Translations under genes and position numbers: made by a program
Shown here: positions 50,361 to 63,578 of the stretch, in pieces
How the letters are laid out: each line of letters begins with the position of its first letter
Position numbering within the stretch: position 1 is the first letter of the stretch
The notes under the pieces: generated by a model
What the model saw: the letters and a program-made list of their open reading frames with translations, nothing else
Told to the model about the DNA's origin: nothing
The model's database searches: none
Assembly: GCF_006345805.1 (NCBI RefSeq)
Contig: NC_042997.1
Coordinates: 167,524,001-167,588,000 of the forward strand
Direction of reading: 5' to 3'
Length of the DNA: 64,000 nt
Source: Octopus sinensis
Taxonomy: Eukaryota

Positions 50361-51935
50361 AGAGAGAGTTTTGCTCTTTTTTTCTCTATATCATTCCATG
50401 CTAAACTTATTTATGCACGAATATTCTCGCTTCGTCTGTGAAATATTTATTCCTATTACCTATATATCTGTGCATGTGCGTATTTGTGTGTGCGCGCGCT
50501 TTTTTACGTAAACGAAAAAGGAAAAAGTATGCTGCATGCGGTAAATATTAGATAATATCGTGATTTTTCTGTAGACTGCTGGCGTGTTGACCCAGCTGTA
50601 ATGTCAAGTAATGCCTGTGTCTTTTTCTGCGTAATTAGTTACCTGCGCCTTACAGGTCGCTGTACGACTTACCCGACGTATGTGAAAGGGCAGGAGTTTC
50701 GGCTTGGTGCTTCTCTGGGACCCTGTCTCTTTGAATGTATTGTGTGTGTGTGTGTGTGTTCAGTGCCAGTTTCAATAGTGTTTGTTCTTTTTGTTAATCA
50801 GTTACTAATCAAACAATAAAATATTACGATTTCAAGAATTGATAATTTCATAGGGTATGCTTCTGTAACAGAACCTCTTACTGAAAAATAAACGAGCTTT
50901 TATATAAATTAACATATATTACGACTTTAACATGACTTAATCTTTATTTCCAGCTGTGTATTATGAATAGATTAAATCACGATACTGTTAAGAACTCAAT
51001 TATCGTAAAGAAAATTTACCAGTGCTGTGCGCAGTGAGCACACCCGGAATGTAGTCCCTTATTCCTCATACGTAGAGCATCTGACTACATTCAACCTTTT
51101 TTTCTTGAAATTGGATCATATTATTCAGGGGCAGGTGTGATTTGAGAGAGATCTGGTTACTCTTTTCACTATATCGAATTTACATGTGTATAATCTCTCG
51201 AGTGTGTCCGCTCTGTGTGAATAAAATAGTGCTTATATTATATTTCTAAATAATAGAAATCCGTCTGCTGTATACATTTCCAAACTTAGAAGAAAATGAA
51301 ATCCCGTATAACAAGTAAGATAATGAGGTTTATATTTTTACATAAAATCTCTGTAAAGTACATTCTGGCAATCAATTTCTGACACTTCTGCATAGTTATC
51401 TATCTACCTGAAATGCAACAGGTAAGTACAGCTTGTCAGTGCATCATTGATTACATGCTAAAGTCATGTCTCGTTCTGTTAATACAAAAATACGTGCGCG
51501 CAGTCTTACACACATTCACACTAAGCGGCATCACGTAAATTGTTTTCCTTGCGAACCGAGCTTAGATTAAAACTCTGGTACAATCTACAGCTGCAGATGT
51601 TTTCAGTGTTAAAAAAAAAATTGAAGGGGGTCATAGATGACATTCTCACAATCTTTCATGTTTACATGTGGTGCTTTTGAAGAATCGCTGAATCGCCTTT
51701 CAATTATTGCGGTATTTAGTTACAACCCTTTTCGTTCTCAATTCTAATATCACATATCCACTTTGCCTTTCCTAATTCCGGAGTTACCATAAAATACCAG
51801 GGATGTAATAAATATTTTTTTTTTCGCCTATAATACAACAGCGGAATTTTGTCTACTTTCGAATTTCAAATTCTCTTTTGATGAAGTATCTAACCACACA
51901 ATCATTCATATATTATGCATATATATATAAAAATA

Positions 51936-52011
<76 letters not shown>

Positions 52012-52036
52012 CTATATATATATATATTATATATAT

Positions 52037-52324
52037 AGGCGCAGGAGTAGCTGTGTGGTAAGTAGCTTGCTTACCAACCACATTGTTCCGGGTTCAGTCC
52101 CACTGCGTGGCACCTTGGGCAAGTGTCTTCTATAGCCTCGGGCCGACCAAAGCCTTGTGAGTGGGTTTAGTAGACGGAAACTGAAAGAAGCCCGTCGTAT
52201 ATAATATATATTTGTGTGTCTATGATTGTACCCCTCCCACCATCGCCCCATATGATAGAATAAGTCCTGGGGTCGATTTGTTCGACTAAAAAGGTGGTGG
52301 TCCAGTCAAATGGCTGAAACAAGT
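52037..52324 (+). mobile_element. CORE-like SINE with internal deletion
   Basis: Head and tail of the 29439-29850 family. Confidence 0.85.
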
Positions 52325-52325
52325 C

Positions 52326-52790
52326 TACTACATATGTGGAAAATCGGTGTGTTTGTTTGTGACGTTGTTAGCTAACACGTCCACCGTTCTACTGATTTTG
52401 ATGAAACTCGACATGTGAGTGAAACTCACGTCCGGAAACCTCGTGACATACTTAGATGGCTGAAAAAAGCGATAATACGGTCCCTGGTAGGGACCTTTAT
52501 ATCTACTTATAACTAATTTTTTTTAAAAAACCACCCAAGGGAAATAACCCATTTCATTGTTTATGATCGATTAATTTGAATATTGATTTTTTGTGTGCCC
52601 TATTTCTAATTTTTGCATACAATATCCCTTTTATACTTTATTTGACACATGAGTAGACCTCATGTCTGGAAACCTCATGACATACTTTTGAAAAAAATCG
52701 ATAATAGTGCCCTTCCAATTGAGCCTTCTATCTACTACATATTACTAATATTTTAGTTAAACAATACAAGGGAAATAACCCATACCACCT
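52326..52790 (+). mobile_element. Helitron-like 5' segment with two ~245-bp tandem units
   Basis: TCTACTACATAT start; duplicated CATG.GAGT..A.CTCA.GTC.GGAAACCTC.TGACATACTT...AAGGGAAATAACCCAT. Confidence 0.5.
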
Positions 52791-53441
52791 GCAGATTTTA
52801 GCGAAGCAATCAATATTTGATTCTCAAGATCAGCCGACCTAATTCTGCATTTCACTACTGACAGTTTTGAACTGCTAAACATTATTATTGGACTTCTTTA
52901 ATTTGAATCATAAACATTAAAGACTTCATTCTTTTCTATACATACATACTTTTTTGAATGCCCATTACTCCAATAATTCTGCAGTTTTACAGTTAAACTT
53001 TTTCCATGACAGTAGATAAATTTTTTATTCCACGACATATTTGTAGTGGCTTCATGCAGGCATAGTGTGGATTTGATACTCAATTGCCAAATTTCACTTA
53101 ACACTTCAACATCGCTTTTCTCGCGGTAAAGCAATAGTTTTTCTGTGAATGACAGCAATTATACATTTCCCAGATGCCTGCACTAAGCAGAATAATGTCT
53201 TTGCCTCTCGCCAAGCTCCATAAACCTTTCTTGCCATCCTCCAACAATCTCTCCCTCCTCCAGCTGACAGTTGTTTGTACTTTTACATGACAGAAAATAC
53301 ACCTTTTGTGGCAGTTATAACGAAAATTGCTTTTTTTTTATATCAGAGTAATAAGGAATTTCAATGGAACATCTTTACCCCCAGCAATTACTGGGTATAA
53401 CTGCTAGTAAAAGAATAAAGAAATATATATATTATATATAC

Positions 53442-53519
<78 letters not shown>

Positions 53520-53544
53520 TATATATATATATGTATAAATATGA

Positions 53545-56500
53545 TATCATCATCATCATCGTTTAACGTCCGTTTTCTGCGCTAGCACGGGTTGGACGGT
53601 TCGACCGGGGTCTGGGAAGCCAGGGTATGCACCAGGCTCCAGTCTGATCTGGCAGTGTTTCTACAGCTGGATGCCCTTCCTAACGCCAACCACTCCGCGA
53701 GTATAGTGGGTGCTTTTTACGTGCCACCTGCACAGGTGCCAGGGGGGTCTGGCATCGGCCACGATCGGTTGGTGCTTTTAACGTCCCACCGGCACAGAAG
53801 CCAGCCAAGGCGGCGCTGGCATTGGCCACGTTCGGATGGTGCTTTTTATGTGCCACCGGCACAGAAGCCAGTCGAGGCGGCGCTGGCATCGGCCACGTTC
53901 GGATGGTGCTTTTTATGTGCCACCGGCACAGAAGCCAGTCGAGGCGGCGCTAGCAACGGCCACGTTCGGATGGTGCTTTTTATGTGCCACCGGCACAGAT
54001 ATCACAACTACTATTTCCATTGATATTTGTTTTGATGTTCATGCACTTGACTCAACAGGTCTCCTCAAGCACAGCGAGATGTTCTGGGATCCAAGGTACT
54101 TTGAATGGGCAGGGGCTATGCGGAACTGGTGCCGGAAGCATCCCGGGTCTTTGCAGTCACAGCACATCTCCAGAGATCTTGGTCCTTCACCATTGCCTCA
54201 GTGAGGCCCAACGCTCTGAGGTCATGCTTGACTACCTCATCCCATGTTTTCCTGGGTCTACCTCTCCCCCTGATTCCTTCAACTGTTTGGGAGTGGCACT
54301 TCTTCACACATCTCTCCTCATCCATCCGCAGTACATGACCATACTATTGCAAGCGTCGCTCTTGCACACCACATCTGAAGCTTCTTATGTCTGGCATTTC
54401 TCTCAGGGTGCTTACACTCTGTCGTGCATTCACACTGACATTACACATCCAGTGGATCATGCTAGCTTCATTTCTTTCAAGTCTACGCATGTCCTCTGCA
54501 GTCACAGCCCATGTTTCACTACGTGAAGCATGGCAGTTCGCACACATGCATCATACAATCTACTTTTCACTCTGAGTGAGAGACCCTTTGTCGCCAGTAG
54601 GGTTAGGAGCTTTCTGAACTTTGCCCAGGCTATTCGTATTCTAGTGTTGACACTCTCTGAGCATCCACCTCCACTACTAACTTGGTCACCCAGGTAGCGG
54701 AAACTATCAACTACTTCTAGTTTCTCCCCCTGGAGTGTGATGGAATCTGTTTTCTGAGTATTTGTGGTGTCTATTGTCCCTGTGCATCTGCCGCACATGA
54801 AAGCTATCTTATCAGTTAATTTCCCTTTGATGTTGCTGCACCTCTTATGCGTCCATAGCTTACACTGGGTGCATCTTATGGAGTTTCTACCTACACCTTT
54901 CCTACAGATCGAGCAGGGCCACCTGCCCGATGGGGTGTGTGCTGAGTTCACCTTTCTGCTTACTATAACTTTGGTCTTTGCTACATTTACTCTAAATCCC
55001 TTTGATTCTAACCCTTGTTTCCACACCCGAAATTTCTTTTCTAGTTCCGGTAGTGATTCTGCTATGAAAGCCAGGTCGTCAGCATAGAAGAGCTCCCAGG
55101 GGCAACCTGTTTTGAATTCCTCTGTTATTGCCTGGAGGACTATGATGAATAAAAGGGGACTGAGGGCTGAGCCTTGGTGTACACCTACTTCTACCCGGAA
55201 TTCTTCACTATATTCGTTGCCAATCCTAACCTTGCTGACAGCCTCTCTGTATAGGGCCTGTACAGCCCTTATTAGCCATTCGTCAATCTCCAGTTTCCGC
55301 ATCGACCACCAGATAAGGAATCGTGGGACCCTGTCAAAGGCTTTCTCCAAGTCCACAAAAGCTATGTAGAGGGGTTTATCTTTAGCTAGGTACTTCTCCT
55401 GCAGTTGTCGGACCAGGAATATAGCATCAGTGGTGCTTCAACCCGGCACAAAACCGAACTGCATCTCATCTAAGCAAATTCTCTCCCTAATGAGATGGGT
55501 TATGACCCTCTCTGTGACCTTCATCACCTGATCCAACAGTTTAATACCCCTGTAGTTATTTCTATCTAGAGCATCACCCTTACCCTGGTAGCAGTTGACT
55601 ATGGTGCTGCTACGCCAGTCATTGGGTATGACTCCATTATGAACTACCTGGTTTAAAATACGGGTGTCTAGGCCATAGCTCACATAACCAGCTGTTTTAA
55701 GCATCTCAAGAGTGGTACCTGATGGGCCAGGGGCTTTACCTGGTTTCATACCCTTAATTGCCTTAACTACAAGGGAGCTGTCTATTTGGATAGCTGGTCC
55801 CTCTACTAGGTCAACATTTGGCAGGCTCTCCTCCTCCCATTCATTCTCCACATTCAGCAGTCTTTCATAATGGTTTCTCCAAGCCTCTTTCTTTTCACCA
55901 ACATTAAAAGCAAGTGCCCCATCATCCATGCGGACACGTTTCTCTCCTGTAACATCACTATTTTCTCTCACACACTGTCTAGCAATTCGAAATACCTCAG
56001 TTCTTTGGTCCTCACGTCGCTGGACATTGGCAAACTTCTTCTTTTCTGCTATATCTTTGGCTATGTATACCTGCCGCCCGGCCTCCCTTTTGACTACTTG
56101 GTACAGTTCCCTGCTACCCCCATACCTCCAGGCTCTCCAGGCCTGTTTCTTTGCACTAATGGCTTTGTCTACTGCACTATTCCACCACCACATAACTCTA
56201 GGTCTGGAAGGGACTTTGCACCATCCACAGACTTGGTCTGTGGCACTCAGCAAGCTGTCCCGTAGGAATTTCCAGCTACCTTCTATGTCCAACATCTGTA
56301 GCTCCTCCTCCCTCTCATCAAATTTCTTGATGAGGATGTCCCTAAATCTCTGACCATGTGAAGGGTTCTTTAGCTTCCAAATTCTTCTTTTCTGGATTGG
56401 TCTGTTTCTTGGAGTCCTTCTGGCCTCAAGCCTAAAGTCACTAATGATTAGCCTATGCTGAAGGATACATTCTTCACTCGGGAGGGTCTTTGTATTTAAG

Positions 56501-56995
56501 AGCGACCCTGCATCCTGCTGTCTGGTGAGGATGAAGTCTATTTGGCTAGCGGAGTCTCCTGACTGATAAGTTATAAGGTGGCAGTCAGGCTTCCTGAAAT
56601 TAGTGTTGCATATTAAAAGGTTACATGCATCACAGAATTCCAGTAGTCTAGTTCCCTCATCATTTCTGGTGCCAATACCATGGCAGTGAAGATACCAGAT
56701 TCCCGCCCAACATGCTTATTAAAGTCTCCACCCACAAAGATGAGGTCCTTGCCACTAGTCTTTGAGGTAGCCTGTAGAAGGGTATCATAAAAGTGGTCCT
56801 TCTGATCATTTGGTAGCGCTGCATGTGGGGCATAGGCGGAGATAATCGTAGCTGTGCCACTCTGTAGGACTAACCTGAGCTTAAGCACTCTATTGCAAAC
56901 CCTGACAACCTCTATGACCTTATCCACCCATTTCTCCGCAAGGAGAATGCCTACACCCCCTACCCCATCCATGTTACCTTGCAAGAAGACTTTAT
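53545..56995 (-). mobile_element. RTE-clade LINE (APE plus RT), 5'-truncated and frame-shifted, with tandem-repeat 3' UTR and (GAT)n tail
   Basis: APE motifs IISAYAP and VGGDFN; RT motifs DLEKAFDRV, GVHQGSALSPLLF, YADDL, FRYLG; C-terminal RGRGRPRKTWDEVV. Confidence 0.95.
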
Positions 56996-57299
56996 ACCTA
57001 TGTATATATATATTATACCTATGATATATATATATTATATATATTTATATATATTATATATATGTATATATTATATACATATATATTATATGTATATATA
57101 TATATTATACATACATATGTATATATATTATATATATGTATGTATGTATGTATGTAGGTATGTATGTATGTATGTATTATGTTGCAAGCTTATGGCAGAA
57201 CCTAAATGCAATATACAAGGGAAGAAAATAACATGCACTTTCATGCTTGAAAATTTCAAGCACTATGCTGTCATCTAACAAATGCACTGCAGCCTGCAT

Positions 57300-58330
57300 A
57301 AGCAGGACCTGAACGACCTGCAATTCCAGAATTACAGACTGTGAGAGACTTGGGGATCAGTATACATAATAATACATTGTTTCAGATGCACATTACCAAG
57401 ATGGTAACAAACTGCAGACAACTGGTGGGGTGGGTACTGAGGTCCTTCAAGAAAAGATACCAAGAAATCATGTTGACCTTGTGGAGGACCTTTGTTCTCA
57501 GCTGCCTGGACTACTGCTCTTAGTTGTGGCCATCACATAGTGCTAGACTAATAGCAGAGCTTAAAATGGTCCAATATTACTACACTAAGAAGATTGTAAC
57601 AGTGCAGCATATGAACTACAAGGAGAGGTTGAAAAAATATGACTTTACTCCCTGGAGTAAAAACACGATAGATATGTAATAATCTATATATACAAAATTC
57701 TGACTCACGGTTGGAGGATCGCAGTTTCAATTCCCATACCCGGCGTTGCATGTGTTTATTGAGCGAAAAAACCTAAAGCTCCACGAGGCTCCAGCAGGGA
57801 GTGGTGTCGATCCCTGTTGTACTCTTTCGCCCCAACTTTCTCTCATTCTTTCTTCCTGTTTCTTGAGTAACACTGCGATGGACTGGCGTCTCATCCAGCT
57901 GGGGGGAACACATATGCCATAGAAACCAGGAAACTGAGCCCATGAGCCTGGCTAGACTTGAAAAGGGCGCAAAGAGAAAGAAAGAGAAAATTCTGAAAGA
58001 GTTAGTTCCTAATTTCGGCATGAAGTGTTATACAAATGACTGAACTGGATGCCATTGCATTGTTTCAAAGGCACCTTATCTAAATTCAGGACCAGGTATT
58101 GCAACAGCTTAGGGTTCAGAAGCCCACAATTCTTCAAAAGCATACTGTACATTCTCCTATCCACAATTTCAATGAATGAACAGCCCAGCATGAGATACCA
58201 AATGGGCCAACAACCAAGCAGAAAAGCACATGCAAGGAGTGCTGACATGAAATCCCACCACCCTGAAGAAATCAGCTGAAGAACAATGTCTAAAAGTACA
58301 AAATCATAGTGGCACTCCAGCATGACCACA
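57300..58330 (+). mobile_element. Decayed CR1/L2-type LINE 3' fragment interrupted by a SINE
   Basis: VRDLGISI...LVGWVLRSF..MLTLWRTFVLSCLDYCS, continuing after 58020 as TRYCNSL. Confidence 0.75.
57700..57975 (+). mobile_element. SINE sharing the head of 4740-5120 but with a Meta-like central domain
   Basis: Shared GTGTTTATTGAGCGAAAA..CCTAAAGCTCCACGAGGCTCC, then CTGCGATGGACTGGCGTCTCATCCAG..GGGG. Confidence 0.6.
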
Positions 58331-58813
58331 ACCATGTAGCTGAAACAAATAAAAGAATTATATATGTGTGGGTGTTATATGTGCAAGTTATATATATATA
58401 TATATGGATAAGATCATTAATTTAAAAATAAAATAATGACTCTATCAAGTGGTCAGTATGGAAAAAATGACCTTCAAAGCTAATAATTATTAAAATTATA
58501 AATTAGGGTATCTATGGGATACACACAGAATAGACACAGAAGAGAAATACATATATATATATATATATAAGCTCAACATATGAATACTTACATATATGAA
58601 CATATACCTACATATATATGCACGTATGCATCTTATGTTTCTCTTCTGTGTGTATTCTATTGATGAGGCAAAGCATTACTAAATGCAAATACAGAAATCC
58701 GGGATCTAGAATTATCCAGTAAATTTTTACTAGTTTTAATGTGGTTTTAGAGTCAGATCATGGCTGCTATTTTCAGCATGGTGTTATCTCGTAGATACCC
58801 TAATTTATAATTT

Positions 58814-58851
<38 letters not shown>

Positions 58852-59537
58852 ACGGAGTTTGTGAGTGTGCGTGTGTTCCTTCTGGATTTCAAAACTGAGT
58901 TACCAAATTTAATGTATTAGGTGTCAAAAGATTTAGTAATTTTTTGGCTACCAACTAAAGAATATTTTTTGCACAACTCTTTTGCTAAAATAATAAACTT
59001 GAAAACGAGATTTGGTCACACAATTTTGAGGTATTTACTTAAGGGAGACAACTCTGCCTGAACAATCTGTGTGTTAGAGCATAATGAGAAAATGTTTAAA
59101 ATGCATGGAGTTTTACCAGAGAGTGAAACTTGAAAAATATACTGTCAATTTTATTAGTATTATTTAGTAGATAATCTTTTAATTTGAAGTATGTTAGTCT
59201 GTGGTTTGTTTAGCCCAGATTTGCCTCTGCTGTAGCAGACCCATCGCATAGTATTTTTGTTCTTTTTTTTCTTCCTGAAGTACTGTAAATTTGTGTCTTT
59301 CTTTTGATGAAAGGGTGTGTTTGAAGAGAAATTTGGCTGCTATTTATAGTAGCTCAATTTACCACAGATACACCTCTGTGTGTTTGTTTTGTTGTGGTGA
59401 AGAAAATACTTTTCTCAGAATATTTTGCCCAATTTTTAAGAAATCTGGATATTTTTCTTCCTGCTAACAGTTCAACTTCAAATTACAATTGTTAATTGTT
59501 GGAAGTCAAGTAAACTGATGTGTACATATAGTGTTGT

Positions 59538-59917
59538 GGAGGCGCAATGGCCCAGTGGTTAGGGCAATGGACTCGTAGTCATAGGATCGCGGTTTCGATT
59601 CCCAGACCGGGTGTTGTGAGTGTTTATTGAGCGAATACGCCTAAAGCTCCACGAGTCTCCGGCAGGGATGGTGGTGATCCCTGCTGTACTCTTTCACCAC
59701 AACTTTCTCTCACTCTTACTTCCTGTTTCTGTTGTACCTGTATTTTAAAGGGCCGGCCTTGTCACTCTCTGTGTCACGCTGAATATCCCCAACTACTACG
59801 TTAAGGGTACACGTGTCTGTTGAGTGCTCAGCCACTTACACGTTAATTTCACGAGCAGGCTGTTCCGTTGATTCGGATCAACCGGAACCCTCGTTGTCGT
59901 AACCGACGGAGTGCTTC
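59538..59917 (+). mobile_element. tRNA-derived SINE, second full copy
   Basis: Near-identical to 4740-5120. Confidence 0.88.
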
Positions 59918-60723
59918 CATCCACATATAGTGTTACCGCATAGAGTGTAAGCTCAATAGGAAGTTTTCAACTCATTATCTCGTGGTTAATAATCCATTAC
60001 CTTAAATTTGAAGCCAATTAAGTCTTTAAACATTATTTTACTGGGTTTAGTCTTTCAACTGTCGCCATGATGGGGTATTACCTTTAAAAATTTAATTGAT
60101 CATACTGACCCCAGGATGTATTTCAATCTGGCATTTATTTTATAGATCTGTGCTTGATGAACTGCTAACTTTTGAGACATAGTGGGACACAATACTCAAT
60201 TTAACAACAAATGTAAACTCACACACATACACACGCACACATATTAGATGCAAGAATGACTGTAGTTGACAAATTTGTTCTCAACCACATTGTTCCATTT
60301 TCAGTCCCTCGGCATTGTACATTGGACAAGTACTTTTTACTATAGCCCTGGGCCAACCACAGACTTGTGACTGAATTTAGTAGACAGAAACTGCTGTGCT
60401 GTTCAATAGAAAATTACCAAAAACATGTTTATACAGAAGAGTTGTTTGCTTCATACTCCTTGTGTGTCGATTCTGCTCATAAGAAAGGAACAAATAATAC
60501 AATGTGACTGTTGGTCATAACACTCAGGCAATGTCGGGGTGCATTGCTAGTATATATATATATATATATATGTTTGGGTCTTTGAATGAGTGCCTAAGTC
60601 TGCTCAATCACACAGCCTCATGCTTAAATTAAATGAAGAAAATTAGAAACCAAATCACAATGGTGAAATTTAAAGCCACATCTTGAAAGAGAAGTGTGTG
60701 TGTGTGTGTCCCTCTCTCTCTCT

Positions 60724-60771
<48 letters not shown>

Positions 60772-60779
60772 TATATTTA

Positions 60780-61810
60780 CTAGCTGTTGGACCCAGCATT
60801 TCTCATGTTTTCCATATTGAAGTTAACCCCACCTCTGACTTTGTATTGAAATCTTCAACGTTCTCTGTGCCAACTATTACCCATTAAGATGTTATATCTG
60901 GTTTGGCAGGGATTTTACTCAGTTAATGCTTTCGACATACTCCTACATACTGGACTGTCTGAAATCGCAGTCAAACCTTTGGGTGTACCTCGACCTGTTG
61001 AGAGTGATGTTGGTTTATTTCTCTCCCCTTAATGCCACCCTCTGTACAAAATTGATCAGCGTGTCCAATCTCAGCAAAATCCAAAGGAAAGTGTTAAGGT
61101 TATGTCATAAAATAGAATCCATGTGACCATTTACATGAAAATATCCCATTGACTTTTAAATCCCAACACATCATATGAATAATCAATGTTTTCCATGTTG
61201 AAGTGCTTAATTTTACTCATGGGTCAATTTTCTTCAAAATCAGTTCATTATTTTATTGTGAGTGAATTTTAACGATTTCTGCCCTTCGCCATTTAATTTT
61301 AATTCTACTACATGACTCTGACCATAAACATTACCTAAATGTCAAATTTCATCAAAACCGGATGAATTCTGTAAAAGTTACAGCATAAAATATTAATCCT
61401 ATGGGTAATTGCAAACAAAAAGGCTATTGATTTCTTAAAATCCCCCACTCACATGCAATTATCGATTTTTTTTGTCAACTCTTCATGCTGGCTTCAACTA
61501 ATGGACATGAACTGTAATCACATGTAAAATTTCTACAAAATCGATAAGAATGTCTCTAAGGAAATGCTTATTTGCATTGTGCCCTTTTGAATTCAATAAA
61601 TACCTTTACCATCTCCCCCACCACAAAGTTTACCTACATCTCAAATTTCATTAAAATCAGATAAAAAATATAAAAATTACAGCCAATAATAAAATCCCTA
61701 TAGGTATTTACCAAAAATCGTTAAAATCGATTGGACAGTGTGGGAGGAGTTAGAGTAACCCTAAACACACAAACAGACACCATTACACATTTATGCATGT
61801 ATCTCTCTCT
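60780..61810 (-). mobile_element. Non-autonomous Helitron-like element (~1 kb)
   Basis: A|CTAG terminus at 60780, repeated AAATTTCAT.AAAA.CGG motifs also seen at 41150-41190, and a CACAAACAGAC block near the other end. Confidence 0.55.
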
Positions 61811-62029
61811 CTATATATATATATATAGTCATCATTCAATGTCTGTTTCCCATACTTGCATGGGTTGGGTGGTTTAACAGTATCCAACATCCTAGCTGCT
61901 GGGCTGTGTTCGGCCTCTGTTTTGGCTTTGGCATGGTTTCTACGGTTGGATATCCTTTTTAATGCCAATCACTTTACAGTGTGTATTGGGGGCTTTTTCA
62001 TGACACTGGCACTAGTGAAGTTATTGATT

Positions 62030-62480
62030 AACTTGCATGGACACATTGAAACTCCGACGTCTGGCAGCTGACTTGGCAGACACCCATAAAATTATCAACC
62101 ATCGTACAAACAATAACTCTGAGCACCTTTTCAAACTCCACCCATCTAACACCCATGGACATATTTACAAAGTAAGAAAACAGCACAGCTCCCATGACTT
62201 CAGGAAACATTTTTTCACGCTGAGGGTTGCTGAAGCATGGAACAAACTGCCGGCATCAGTTGTTAGTTGTCGGAGCACTGCATCCTTCAAAACTTCCATG
62301 CTTCCTGAGATTCGCCAACACTACACTTGATTTTCTCCCCTCCATACACACACAAGCATGTATCTGACTCATACATTGTTCGCTTTCCAGACATTTCTAC
62401 ATTACTGCATGTACTTTATATGCACTTTCTGACAAGTTGTGGTGCACCTGAGCACTGTATACAATTAATTTCATTATTAT
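62030..62480 (+). mobile_element. CR1/L2-type LINE 3' end
   Basis: LKLRRLAADL...TH GHIYKV...RKHFFTLRVAEAWNKLP..VV; short ATT tail. Confidence 0.85.
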
Positions 62481-63289
62481 AAAGGAAAGAAGTAGAAAAG
62501 GCGCTCTTCACTAAGTGGGAGTGTATTTGAAAGCGGAGGTGTTGAAGGCTAAAGTATGATAGAGGGACAAGCACAGATTTCTTACTATAGCAGAGATACT
62601 TAGCTACACTGGTTTATATGAGGGTGTGTAAGAGTAACTGAAAGGAAGGTAAAGCTGAGGGTGACAGAATGTATTCCTGTGATACAAGGTGAGAGTATGG
62701 GAAAATACAGACAGTGGATCAAGAGGAGGGAAAGTGTGGATCATCTCATAAGAGATTGAGAGGAGAGTGACATGATTATCAGGGTGTGTAAGAGTAACTG
62801 AAAGGAAGGTAAAGCCGATGGTGACACCACATAGAAAAGTTTTGTGTTGAAAATATGTGGATAAAAATAATAAAAAGTGGAAGAGAAATGCCTTCTTTTC
62901 ATATAGTTTAATATCTTTTTATAAATATATACATATTATATGGATGTAGTGAAATCCAAACGGTTTTTGTTATTTAAATTAGTTTTTCAAGGGACATTGT
63001 ACAGTAATTAGTTCTCGTAACAGAGGGGTCTTGTCATTTTGGATGTTTGAAGAAGAAGAATGAGTCAAGGGAGTGAACCAAGGGAAGCAACAGGTGGCAA
63101 GGGGGACAACTGGCTCTGTAGTATAATTTTTTAAATGGTCAAATTTGTATATTGAGGTGTAGTCTGTACTTTTGAATGAACGCCTTGTTTAGGCATTCTT
63201 CTACTGAGATTAAATCTTTGCATGAGTATAATGGGAAGATATGAAAATTCGACATTTTATTATTTGCGCATTTGTTGATATGTCCGCTC

Positions 63290-63340
63290 AGTGCTATGTG
63301 CCTGTACTGAGGGAAAACCTCAGTACAGGCAGATAGCACT
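63290..63340. repeat. 51-nt near-perfect hairpin
   Basis: AGTGCTAT-G-TGCCTGTACTGAGG-GAAAA-CCTCAGTACAGGCA-G-ATAGCACT: 22 bp with one mismatch. Confidence 0.9.
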
Positions 63341-63545
63341 CTTTTACTCTTGTTTCAGTCATTTGGCTGTGGCCATGCTGGAGCACCGCCTTTAGTCGAG
63401 CAAATCAACCCCAGGACTTATTCTTTGTAAGCCTAGTACTTATTCTATTGGTTTCTTTTGCCGAACCGCTAAGTTACGTGAATGTAAACATATCCGCATC
63501 GGTTGTCAAGCGATGTTGGGGGGACAAACACAGACACACAAACAT

Positions 63546-63578
<33 letters not shown>

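Noticed and set aside
52898-53300. 86-aa minus-strand ORF (EKLLLYREKSDVEVLSEIWQ..)
   Set aside because: Stops lie upstream in frame and no family is recognisable; likely a decayed transposon fragment.
53770-54000. Regularly spaced ~60-bp repeats superficially like a CRISPR array
   Set aside because: Units are fully repeated with no unique spacers, lie in a LINE 3' UTR, and the context is eukaryotic with no cas genes.
58525-58660. Short inverted repeat (ACACAGAAGAGAAA) around a TA-rich loop
   Set aside because: Only 14 bp of perfect match in microsatellite-rich context; probably a local replication scar.
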